A DNA stretch of 64,000 nucleotides from positions 2,902 through 66,901 of the forward strand of contig JAMWBU010000006.1 in assembly GCA_023819255.1 (NCBI GenBank), written 5' to 3'. Below, in pieces: positions 10,217 to 18,949 of the stretch. Within the stretch, counting starts at the first letter, position 1; every line of letters starts with the position of its first letter. Under the pieces are notes generated by a model. The model did not search any database, had not been told where the DNA came from, and saw only the letters and a program-made list of their open reading frames with translations. Origin of the DNA: Candidatus Omnitrophota bacterium (GTDB lineage: Bacteria > Ratteibacteria > UBA8468 > B48-G9 > DTJG01). A program made the translations under genes and the position numbers.

Positions 10217-11325
10217 AAATGGTTTCAGAAAATAAAATGGCAAGAATTTGTTTTATCACAGGCACTCTTGATGTCGGCGGCACAGAAAAGCAACTTTTGC
10301 TTTTATGCAGGTATATCAATCACCAGAGGTTTCATATTGTTATTATAAGTTTAAGAGGCGGAAGAATGAAAGAAGAGTTTCAAAAAGAAAACATCTCAGT
10401 CTGGGTGGTTGGCAAAAGGTTCAGGTTTGATGTGATCGCGTTATTCAGGTTAATAATAATTCTCCTGAGAGAAAAACCCGACATTCTTCAAACTTTTATG
10501 TTTACATCAAACACCTGGGGCAGAGTGGCCGGAATACTGTTGGGGGGCAAAATTATTATCGCTTCTGAAAGAAGCATTGATTTATGGAAGAAAAAACACC
10601 ATTTTTTTATTGACAGAATGTTAGGTTTTTTTACAGATAAAATAGTGTGCAATTCGATAAGCGTACAGAATAGATACAAGGAAAATCTGGGGTCTGTTGG
10701 AAGAAAAATTATTGTTATCAGAAATGGCATTGAACTGAACAAATTTAATTCTTATGCTGAGAAGAAAAAGGAAAGAAAAGAAAAAATTGTCTTCACCGCA
10801 AGCAGGCTTTCCCCCGAGAAAGGAATTCAATTTTTGATTGATGCAGCAAAAATCATTTTAAAGAAAGATAAAAGCGTTAAGTTTCTGATTGCTGGAGAGG
10901 GTTATTTCGAACCCAATCTTGTTGAAATGGTTAAAGAGTATGAGATAAAAGACAATGTAATATTTCTTGGATACAGAAGTGATATTTTGCAGCTTATTTC
11001 AGAATCTGATATCGTGGTCCTGCCTTCTTTATGGGAAGGAATGCCCAACATAATTCTTGAAGCAATGGCTATGAAAAAACCTGTTATCGCAACTGATGCT
11101 GGCGGTTCATCTGAAATTGTAAAAGATGGTCAAACAGGTTTACTTGTTCGTCCGGGTAGCGCAGAGGAGCTGGCAGAAAAAATCATTCTATTGTTTTCAG
11201 ATGAGATGCTTGCAAAAAAAATTGCTGAAAATGGTTATGAGCTGGTTAGCAGGGATTTTGATATTTCACTCATGGTTTCTGCATATGAAACACTTTATCA
11301 ACATCTTCTGCAGCGGAGGAAATAA
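10213..11325 (+). CDS. GT4 (GT-B) glycosyltransferase
   Basis: ITGTLDVGGTEKQ and LPSLWEGMPNIILEAMAMKKPVIATDAGGSSEIV. ATGA overlap. Confidence 0.75.
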   Translation: MKMVSENKMARICFITGTLDVGGTEKQLLLLCRYINHQRFHIVIISLRGGRMKEEFQKENISVWVVGKRFRFDVIALFRLIIILLREKPDILQTFMFTSNTWGRVAGILLGGKIIIASERSIDLWKKKHHFFIDRMLGFFTDKIVCNSISVQNRYKENLGSVGRKIIVIRNGIELNKFNSYAEKKKERKEKIVFTASRLSPEKGIQFLIDAAKIILKKDKSVKFLIAGEGYFEPNLVEMVKEYEIKDNVIFLGYRSDILQLISESDIVVLPSLWEGMPNIILEAMAMKKPVIATDAGGSSEIVKDGQTGLLVRPGSAEELAEKIILLFSDEMLAKKIAENGYELVSRDFDISLMVSAYETLYQHLLQRRK

Positions 11326-13224
11326 ATGTGCGGCATATGCGGAATTGTGAAAAGGAATAAAAGAGTTTCACAAGAAGATGTCAGGAAAATGGCTTCAACA
11401 ATGATTCATCGTGGTCCTGATGAAGAAGGTTACAAAATTTTTGACAGCGCTGGACTCGGCCATCGAAGACTGAGCATTATTGACCTTACAACAGGTAGAC
11501 AACCAATTTCAAATGAAGATGATTCTATTTTTCTTGTCTGCAATGGAGAAATTTATAACTTTAAGCAGTTGAGAAAGGTTCTTGAGGATAAGGGGCACAT
11601 TTTTAAGACAAAAACAGACAGTGAAGTCATCCTGCATCTTTATGAGCAGCATGGTACCCAGTGTCTGAAATTTTTAAGAGGAATGTTTGCCTTTGCAATA
11701 TGGGACAATAGAAAAAGAACACTATTTCTTGCCCGTGACAGGCTCGGGAAGAAGCCTCTTGTTTATTCAGTGAAAAATGGAGACATTTATTTTGCTTCTG
11801 AAATTAAGGCGCTTCTGGCAATGGATGAAATTTCAAAGGAAATAGATTATGTTGCAATTGATCTTTTTCTTACTTATCAGGCGATTCCTTCTCCGTGGAC
11901 AATATTCAGAGCAATAAGAAAATTGCCACCAGGACATTTTTTACTCTGGAGAGATGGTGAAATTAAAGTTGAAAGGTACTGGGAGATTGATTTTACAAAG
12001 AAATTGAAATTGAAAAGTGAGGAAGAATACATGGAGCTGATGTGGGAAAAACTTGTCGAATCAACAAAATTGAGAATGATCGCAGATGTGCCGCTCGGTG
12101 CATTCCTCAGTGGAGGCATAGATAGTTCAACAGTTGTTGGTATTATGAGTGAAAACTCCTGTCAGCCAGTAAAAACATTTTCCGTTGGATTTGAAGAAAG
12201 CGATTTCAGTGAACTGAATTACGCGAAAATTGTCGCTGACAGATTTGGAACCGAGCACCACCAGTTTATTGTAAGACCTGATGTTGTTGCAATTCTACCA
12301 AATCTTGTCTGGCATTACAATGAGCCATTTGCGGACTCTTCAATGATTCCCACTTATTATGTGGCAAGAGAGACAAAAAAGCATGTGACGGTCGCTCTCA
12401 ATGGTGACGGCGGAGATGAAAACTTTGCGGGTTACACAAGATACTGGCAAACAGAACTTCTGCGAATGATAAATGTTATCCATGAAAAAATGCCTTTCAG
12501 TTTTAATTTTATTTTAAAAAATTTTGCAAAGTTCTATAATAGGTATCCCTCAAACACATTTTTCAGGGTGTGGAAATGGCTTGAAGAATCTAAAAAATAT
12601 GGGTTTGACCATGCATACGCAAGACGGTTAATTTCTTTCACCAGGGATTTTCGACAGAGTATCTATTCTGAAGAAATGAAAAAGAACATTTCTGATTTTG
12701 ATTCTCTGATACTGGTGAAAAATATCTGGAATGCCACAGGCGAGATTGATCTGATTGAAAAAATGATTTCAACAGATATGCATCTTTATCTTCCAGAAGT
12801 TTTGCTGGTAAAAATGGATATTGCTTCAATGGCTAATTCCCTTGAAACAAGGAGCCCTTTTCTTGACCATGAGTTTGTTGAATTTATTGCATCTTTCCCT
12901 TTGAACCTGAAAATGAGGAATTTTAAGTCAAAATATATCCTTAAGAAGAAACTAAGAAATTTTCTGCCCGAAAAGATTGTTAAAAGGAATAAGATGGGAT
13001 TTGGTGTGCCTGTGGGAAGATGGTTCAGGAGAGAATTAAGAAATTATCTGATTGAAATATTGTTAAGTAGTAAAGCGCTTTCAAGAGAATATTTCAAACC
13101 GGAAAAAATAAAAGGAATTGTTGATGAGCACATTTCTGGAAATATCGACCACACAAGCAGATTATGGTCTCTTCTTGTCCTTGAATTGTGGCACAACATT
13201 TATGTTGATGAAAAAAATAGATGA
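11326..13224 (+). CDS. asnB: asparagine synthase (glutamine-hydrolysing), glycan-locus amidotransferase
   Basis: MCGICGIV N-terminal nucleophile and SGGIDSS PP-loop. 632 aa. Confidence 0.85.
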   Translation: MCGICGIVKRNKRVSQEDVRKMASTMIHRGPDEEGYKIFDSAGLGHRRLSIIDLTTGRQPISNEDDSIFLVCNGEIYNFKQLRKVLEDKGHIFKTKTDSEVILHLYEQHGTQCLKFLRGMFAFAIWDNRKRTLFLARDRLGKKPLVYSVKNGDIYFASEIKALLAMDEISKEIDYVAIDLFLTYQAIPSPWTIFRAIRKLPPGHFLLWRDGEIKVERYWEIDFTKKLKLKSEEEYMELMWEKLVESTKLRMIADVPLGAFLSGGIDSSTVVGIMSENSCQPVKTFSVGFEESDFSELNYAKIVADRFGTEHHQFIVRPDVVAILPNLVWHYNEPFADSSMIPTYYVARETKKHVTVALNGDGGDENFAGYTRYWQTELLRMINVIHEKMPFSFNFILKNFAKFYNRYPSNTFFRVWKWLEESKKYGFDHAYARRLISFTRDFRQSIYSEEMKKNISDFDSLILVKNIWNATGEIDLIEKMISTDMHLYLPEVLLVKMDIASMANSLETRSPFLDHEFVEFIASFPLNLKMRNFKSKYILKKKLRNFLPEKIVKRNKMGFGVPVGRWFRRELRNYLIEILLSSKALSREYFKPEKIKGIVDEHISGNIDHTSRLWSLLVLELWHNIYVDEKNR

Positions 13225-13541
13225 GAGAAAATTTGCATTAAAAAATTTTTATGTTATATTTTTTATAAATGGAGGAAAATAAAAGCATAAAAAAATCCGG
13301 AGAACAAGGTAAACTGCAGAAAAAGAGTTATCCTTCGAAATCTTCACGCCATTTTCATTTCCCTCATCCCTTCGATAAAAAAAATCTGTCACCTGATTTT
13401 AATTTTTACAGGACAGGGATTGGGAAAATATAACAAGAAATTTGCCTTCAATGATGTAGCTCTGGAAGAATACCCCACGTATATTTTATCCTTCGCATTG
13501 ATATCAATATTTTTTTTAACCTTTAAGGAGGTGATTTAAAA

Positions 13542-13622
13542 ATGGCATGCGCGAGAAAAACAGCGAAGAAAAAAACGGTAAAGAAAGTCGCGAAGAAGAC
13601 AGCGAAGAAAAAGAAAAAGTAG
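13542..13622 (+). CDS. 26-aa lysine-rich basic peptide (MACARKTAKKKTVKKVAKKTAKKKKK), function unknown
   Basis: Perfect SD (AAGGAGGTGA) 7 nt upstream of the ATG. Followed at once by a strong intrinsic terminator. Below the 60-aa ORF-track cutoff. Confidence 0.4.
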   Translation: MACARKTAKKKTVKKVAKKTAKKKKK

Positions 13623-13631
13623 TTTGAATTG

Positions 13632-13672
13632 AGCGCCCAACATTTTTCAATGTTTGGGCGCTTGCTGTTTTT
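13632..13672 (+). terminator. Rho-independent terminator
   Basis: AGCGCCCAA ... TTGGGCGCT 9-bp GC-rich stem followed by TGCTGTTTTTAT. Confidence 0.6.
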
Positions 13673-13708
13673 ATACTATATCCAGTGTTGCAGATGAAAG
13701 GAGTCCTT

Positions 13709-15079
13709 ATGGACGATAGAAAAATAGGTCAGTTGAAGAAAGAGTTTGAAAAAATATTAATTGTTCTTGAAACAACACAACAGGTTGATACTGGTTTTTG
13801 CATTCCTGAGTGCGAGTTTTTACAGAGACAGAGAAAAACATACCAGGCCATCAGGGGAAAAGGTATTGATGCCGGCATTGTTTTTTCAGATCAACACTAT
13901 AATGGCGATGTTCCTTATCTTGGCGGAAACACAAACATCACCATCGAACAGGTCGCCGGAGTTATCGGGGAAAACGGATTTCATATTATTGCGGGCCTTG
14001 AAGGAGGTTATGTTTCTGAACAGCTTGCGAAAAGAGCATCTGCAAAGGTGCATAAGGTCGAAATGCTTAAGCTTGCAGATGAACAGTATCCCATCAATGC
14101 TGAAAGGCTTGAAGATGTAATAGAAGAAGCTGCAGGAGGAAAGACAAAAAGTATTGGTCTGTTAACGCCGAGAGAGGTCATTCCCTATAGATTTGTAAAA
14201 TATCTTGAAGATGTTTATGGCGCAGAAAATGTTGTTGATATTCAGGATGTTTATTACAAAATTAAGTATGAAAAATCTGATAATGAAATGCGACTTATAC
14301 GCGATGCATGCTGTATTGCTGATGCAATGATGAGGGGAATGCTTGCTGTTTTAAAACCCGGAATGCTTGAAACACAGGTGGCTGCCTGGGGATATTTTAT
14401 TGCAAAGGAACTTGGGGCAGAAGAAATGGGATGGGACATTATAGTTGGCGCGAATGAAGCAAACCGAACTCTTATTGGAAAAGCGCTCAACCGTGAAATA
14501 AAAAAAGGTGATTATGTACATCTCGGAGTTGCTCCAAAAAGAGATGGTCTGAACTCCTGTATAAGAAGGTCTGTTGTAGCGGTGGAAAACCCATCTGAGG
14601 TTATTGATGAGCAAAGGTACTGGTTTGATCTTGTTGAGGAAGCTTACAGGATAGGTTTCCAAAAATATTGTGAAGTGGCAGAAAAGAATCTGCCCGCATA
14701 CCTTCAGGAAAAAGCGCTTGTTGACTATTTCGTTTCAAAATCAGAAGAGGTCTGTGCAAGAACAGGAAAAAAAATTAATCTTGAAAAATTAAAACCTTAT
14801 ACAGGCACGCATAACGCAGGATATACGGAATGCCAGGAGTTCTACGGCGCAATAACGTTTTCTTCCAATCAACCGCTCGGCAATCAGATTGTCACCATGC
14901 TGGATGTCGCATTGAGGGGGATAGGTGATAGGTGGGATGATGTTATTATTCCAGGTTTTGACTATCTCGTAATTGAAAACACGCTTGGAAAATTCGGGAA
15001 ACGGGTAGAGGTTTTTAACAGGTTACCTTTGAATGTGCAATCGCTCGTTGGCAATCCTGAACTACCAGATTCAGCTTGA
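13709..15079 (+). CDS. M24-family metallopeptidase (Xaa-Pro aminopeptidase/creatinase fold)
   Basis: Start chosen at MDDRK because AAAGGAG lies 5 nt upstream. LIRDACCIADAMM...GWDIIVGANEANRTLIG...GDYVHLGVAP fits the M24 pita-bread fold. Confidence 0.55.
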   Translation: MDDRKIGQLKKEFEKILIVLETTQQVDTGFCIPECEFLQRQRKTYQAIRGKGIDAGIVFSDQHYNGDVPYLGGNTNITIEQVAGVIGENGFHIIAGLEGGYVSEQLAKRASAKVHKVEMLKLADEQYPINAERLEDVIEEAAGGKTKSIGLLTPREVIPYRFVKYLEDVYGAENVVDIQDVYYKIKYEKSDNEMRLIRDACCIADAMMRGMLAVLKPGMLETQVAAWGYFIAKELGAEEMGWDIIVGANEANRTLIGKALNREIKKGDYVHLGVAPKRDGLNSCIRRSVVAVENPSEVIDEQRYWFDLVEEAYRIGFQKYCEVAEKNLPAYLQEKALVDYFVSKSEEVCARTGKKINLEKLKPYTGTHNAGYTECQEFYGAITFSSNQPLGNQIVTMLDVALRGIGDRWDDVIIPGFDYLVIENTLGKFGKRVEVFNRLPLNVQSLVGNPELPDSA

Positions 15080-16663
15080 TTTTTTTCTTATACGTTTATT
15101 GGAATACATCATCCTGTCAGCAATAGATATAAGATTGTCAATTGTAAGCTTCTGACCTGGTTTGTAAAGCGCGAATCCCACGCTGGCCTGAAGTTTATAA
15201 TCTTTGATTTTGCTGTTTTCTGTTTCAAATTCAGACTGCATCCGTCGCAAAATGGAATCTATGTCAGCAGGAGAATCCTGTATAACAAGAGTGAGAAATT
15301 CATCTCCGCCTACCCTTCCGATAATATCCGCCTGCCTGAATGTGGTTTTTAAAACATCAGCCGTTTTGATGAGCGCAATGTCTCCTTCCTGGTGTCCAAG
15401 AGCATCATTAATATTTTTGAAATCATCAAGGTCTATGTAGAAAAGAACCATATGTTGATTTACTCTTTCGGCTATTTTTAACTGCTGTTCTGCAAGAAGG
15501 AAAAAGCCTCGTCTGTTATATAATCCTGTTAATGGATCTGTCACTGAAAGATGTTCAAGAACTCTTTCCGCATATTCCTTTTTTAAGGTAATTCGAGCTA
15601 TAATCCACGAAACGATAATGAAAAACAACAATAAAACCAGATCATACATAAGAAATTCTTTAAGTCTTGTGGTTGATTGAATTGTGCATATGTTTCTGGG
15701 CACGAAAGAAATAATCTTCCAGAGTCGGTCAAAACTTCTAATATTTCCTGAAACAATATTTTCGAATTCATCTGCGGTTTGTTGACTTGCTTTTTCTGCG
15801 CGCGCTAATGGATAAAAAGTCGTAAAAGTGAAAAGCCCGTCTTTGATGAAAATCTGACCGGTCTGGTCCTTTGTGATTTTTTCCCACGCTTCAGGAAAAA
15901 CATACCCGAACCTTTTTTCTCTTTTTGTGCTGTAAAGAAACCCGAATTCATCCTCTGGTTTCGGCCCTTTTATCCAGTATCCATCGGCATCGATAATGAA
16001 ATAGTTTGAAACTTTTGTCCTTTTTTCTTCTGGCAGTTCAAAAGTCCATTTGAATATCTCGAATATTGGTTTGCAGTTGTAGCTGATAAGAAGCGCTGCT
16101 TTTTTCTTTTTATATTGATCAACAACAGGCGTGCCAAAAACAAGCACAGGAATTCCTTCTTCAAGTTGAAAATCAGAAACATACACATGTCCGCGTCCTG
16201 TTGCCATAGTATTTTTGAAATCAAGATTATTTTTGAGGTTCTGACTTGCTGAATGAACAAGTGTTAATTCCCTGTCCTGTGTCCTGATTTCGATAAGAAT
16301 TTTGCCATCTGCGTTGGCAAGAATAATTTTTTGATAATAGTTTTTGCTTTTCAAAAATGAAGAAATCGCTTCAAATAATTGGGTTTTGCTTTCCTGACCT
16401 GATATAAAACTTGTGCTCAGTTCGTTGAGGAAAATAACATCAGAAATTGCCGAATCAAAACCTTTGATAACAAGTCTGGAGACCGTGGAAATATTCTTAA
16501 TTTCGTGGTTTTCGATTATTGATAGTTCATTCCTTGCGCTCGATATGAATAAAACTGCTGTAATGCCGGCAAGGATCACCATTATCGAGAAGAAAATAAA
16601 CAAAAATCTTTTGACCAGGTCAGATAGTTTTATCCCTTCATCTTCCGGCCTTGTAAATTTCAT
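15071..16663 (-). CDS. membrane diguanylate cyclase with periplasmic sensor domain, active-site GGDEF
   Basis: TM segment, about 300-aa extracytoplasmic domain, second TM, then DPLTGLYNRRGF...RVGGDEFLTLV (GGDEF). 9-nt convergent overlap with the peptidase. Confidence 0.8.
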   Translation of the reverse strand: MKFTRPEDEGIKLSDLVKRFLFIFFSIMVILAGITAVLFISSARNELSIIENHEIKNISTVSRLVIKGFDSAISDVIFLNELSTSFISGQESKTQLFEAISSFLKSKNYYQKIILANADGKILIEIRTQDRELTLVHSASQNLKNNLDFKNTMATGRGHVYVSDFQLEEGIPVLVFGTPVVDQYKKKKAALLISYNCKPIFEIFKWTFELPEEKRTKVSNYFIIDADGYWIKGPKPEDEFGFLYSTKREKRFGYVFPEAWEKITKDQTGQIFIKDGLFTFTTFYPLARAEKASQQTADEFENIVSGNIRSFDRLWKIISFVPRNICTIQSTTRLKEFLMYDLVLLLFFIIVSWIIARITLKKEYAERVLEHLSVTDPLTGLYNRRGFFLLAEQQLKIAERVNQHMVLFYIDLDDFKNINDALGHQEGDIALIKTADVLKTTFRQADIIGRVGGDEFLTLVIQDSPADIDSILRRMQSEFETENSKIKDYKLQASVGFALYKPGQKLTIDNLISIADRMMYSNKRIRKKSS

Positions 16664-16796
16664 TTTGCCTTCCTGTTTTTCATAGTATACACCACATCTT
16701 TTTTTGAATAAAACGAAAAAAAATTCTACTGCATTTTATCTCTGTCAGTGATCCAGATTGCTGTTGATTTCGGTAGTATAAAAGAGTGGAGAGTTT

Positions 16797-16825
16797 TTGA
16801 CGCTTTATTGTTCATATGGTAAAAA
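16797..16825 (+). promoter_or_regulatory. sigma70-like promoter TTGACG-17-TAAAAT
   Basis: Hexamers with 17-bp spacer, then AAGGAG about 8 nt before the ATG at 16845. Confidence 0.4.
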
Positions 16826-16844
16826 TTAGAGAAAAAGGAGCCAA

Positions 16845-17891
16845 ATGGGAAAAAACAGAGGGCAGTTAGAGTTTATTGAAACTGAACACCAACTAGAAGA
16901 AGTTCTTTCAAGGCCATATGAAGGCACCATTGATACATCCAGGACTCTTAAAGGAGATATTGTAATACTTGGTGTTGCAGGGAAGATGGGTCCTTCTCTT
17001 GCTGTTCAGATAAAACGAAGCTGCCAGTTATCAGGAATAAAGAAAAGAATTATCGGAGTTGCGAGGTTTTCGGATTTGCGTACAAGAGAGTATCTTGAAA
17101 AAGCAGGCATAGAAACAATTGCTTGTGATTTACTTGATGCCAGTGCAGTAAATGGCCTTCCTGAAGCCGAAAATGTGATTTTTATGGCAGGTATGAAATT
17201 CGGAACAGGGCTTAATCCGTCTTTAACATGGGCTATGAACTCTTATGTGCCTGCGCTTGTCGCCAATAGATATAAGAACTCAAAAATTGTTGTCCTTTCC
17301 ACTGGTAATGTATATCCACTCGTGCCAGTGCATTCAAAAGGATCAAAAGAAGACGATGTACCTGTTCCATCTGGCGAATATGCTCAATCATGTCTTGGAA
17401 GAGAAAGGGTTTTTGAATATTTTTCCGAGAAATTTTCGATACAGTCCTGTATTATAAGGCTCAATTACGCGGTTGAATTACGCTATGGTGTGATCTATGA
17501 CATTGGAAGCAAGGTTTACAGCGGAGAAGCAATAAATCTTGAAAACGGTTATGTAAATGTCGTGTGGCAGGGATGGGCAAACAGCGTAATTTTTCAGTGT
17601 TTGAAAATTTGTTCAGTTCCACCGCGAATTCTTAATCTCACTGGCCCTGAGATCCTTTCTGTTCGCAAGATAGCAGAAGAGTTTGGAAAAATTTTTAAAA
17701 AAGAGCCGGTTTTTGAGGGCAAAGAGGCAGAAACAGCGTATCTTTCTGATGCGTCTGTTTGTTTCAATCTGTTTGGCAAGCCTGATATAGATATTGAGAC
17801 AATAATCAGATGGGTCGCTCACTGGATTCAAATAGACGGGAGAGCTCTTAACAAACCCACTCATTTTGAAGAAAGAAAAGGGAGGTATTGA
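16845..17891 (+). CDS. NAD(P)-binding Rossmann oxidoreductase (epimerase/dehydratase-like)
   Basis: GVAGKMG glycine-rich loop and overall SDR-extended-like pattern. Weak. Confidence 0.4.
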   Translation: MGKNRGQLEFIETEHQLEEVLSRPYEGTIDTSRTLKGDIVILGVAGKMGPSLAVQIKRSCQLSGIKKRIIGVARFSDLRTREYLEKAGIETIACDLLDASAVNGLPEAENVIFMAGMKFGTGLNPSLTWAMNSYVPALVANRYKNSKIVVLSTGNVYPLVPVHSKGSKEDDVPVPSGEYAQSCLGRERVFEYFSEKFSIQSCIIRLNYAVELRYGVIYDIGSKVYSGEAINLENGYVNVVWQGWANSVIFQCLKICSVPPRILNLTGPEILSVRKIAEEFGKIFKKEPVFEGKEAETAYLSDASVCFNLFGKPDIDIETIIRWVAHWIQIDGRALNKPTHFEERKGRY

Positions 17892-18949
17892 TGGCTGATG
17901 TTCTTTCAGAAAAAATTATTCGTAAAATAAGGAAAGGAACAGTAATTCCGGCTCATCCCCTCGCGCTTACGGCAAGAAGAAAGCTCGATGAGAAAAGACA
18001 GAGGGCTTTAACACGTTATTACATTTCTGCAGGCGCCGGTGGAGTCGCTATTGGGGTTCACACAACACAGTTTGAGATCCATGACAAAAAGATTGGGCTT
18101 TATAAACCCGTTTTAGAGCTTGGTTCAGAAACGATTTCAGACTATGAACAGAAAAACAGACTGGATGAGCCAGTAATAAGGGTTGCAGGTGTTATCGGAA
18201 AAACATCGCAGGCAGTGGAAGAGGCGCAGATTGCAAAATCGCTGGGATATCATGCTGTGCTATTGAGTTTGTCTGCTTTCAAAAACAGCACCAATGAAGA
18301 AATGATTCAGCATGTTAAAACAATTGCCCGGATTATTCCGGTGTTTGGATTTTATCTGCAACCGGCTGTCGGCGGCCGAGTTTTGAATTATGATTTCTGG
18401 AGAAGATTTGCTGAAATTGAAAATGTGGTTGCAATAAAGATTGCTCCATTTAATAGATATTACACAATTGATGTTGTCAGGGCAATTGCTGATAGCGGCA
18501 GTGAAATCGCTTTATACACCGGCAACGACGACAGCATTGTTGTTGACCTTCTTACAAAATTCAATTTTGGAAATAGAAAACTTCGCATCGTTGGCGGGCT
18601 TCTTGGGCACTGGGCGTTCTGGACGCGCAAAGCAGTCGAACTTCTTCAAAAGATACATTTTTTAATAGAGAAGGAAGATGGAATTCCTTCTGAGATTTTA
18701 TCGCTTGGTATTGAAGTCACGGATTGCAACGCAGCGATTTTTGATGCAGCAAATGGGTTTGAAGGTTGTATTCCTGGAATTCACGAGATTTTAAGAAGAC
18801 AGGGAATACTTGAAGGTATCTGGACTCTAAAAGAAGACGAAGGATTGTCTTTGGGTCAGAAAGAAGAAATTGACAGAATTTACCATATGTATCCTCATCT
18901 AAACGACGATGAATTTGTGTCAGAGCATCTTGATAGGTGGTTGAGATAA
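17888..18949 (+). CDS. DapA/DHDPS-family (class I aldolase-like) protein
   Basis: TIM-barrel aldolase-like pattern (VAIGVHTTQFE, VVAIKIAP). ATGA overlap upstream. Confidence 0.35.
   Translation: MMADVLSEKIIRKIRKGTVIPAHPLALTARRKLDEKRQRALTRYYISAGAGGVAIGVHTTQFEIHDKKIGLYKPVLELGSETISDYEQKNRLDEPVIRVAGVIGKTSQAVEEAQIAKSLGYHAVLLSLSAFKNSTNEEMIQHVKTIARIIPVFGFYLQPAVGGRVLNYDFWRRFAEIENVVAIKIAPFNRYYTIDVVRAIADSGSEIALYTGNDDSIVVDLLTKFNFGNRKLRIVGGLLGHWAFWTRKAVELLQKIHFLIEKEDGIPSEILSLGIEVTDCNAAIFDAANGFEGCIPGIHEILRRQGILEGIWTLKEDEGLSLGQKEEIDRIYHMYPHLNDDEFVSEHLDRWLR

Noticed and set aside
13269-13400. Possible 43-aa ORF (MEENKSIKKSGEQG...) in the AT-rich spacer after asnB
   Set aside because: No SD, low-complexity composition. 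Looks like a chance ORF in AT-rich DNA.
13761-14120. 119-aa plus-strand ORF inside the M24 peptidase gene
   Set aside because: Alternative frame of a gene with clear homology. No independent signals.
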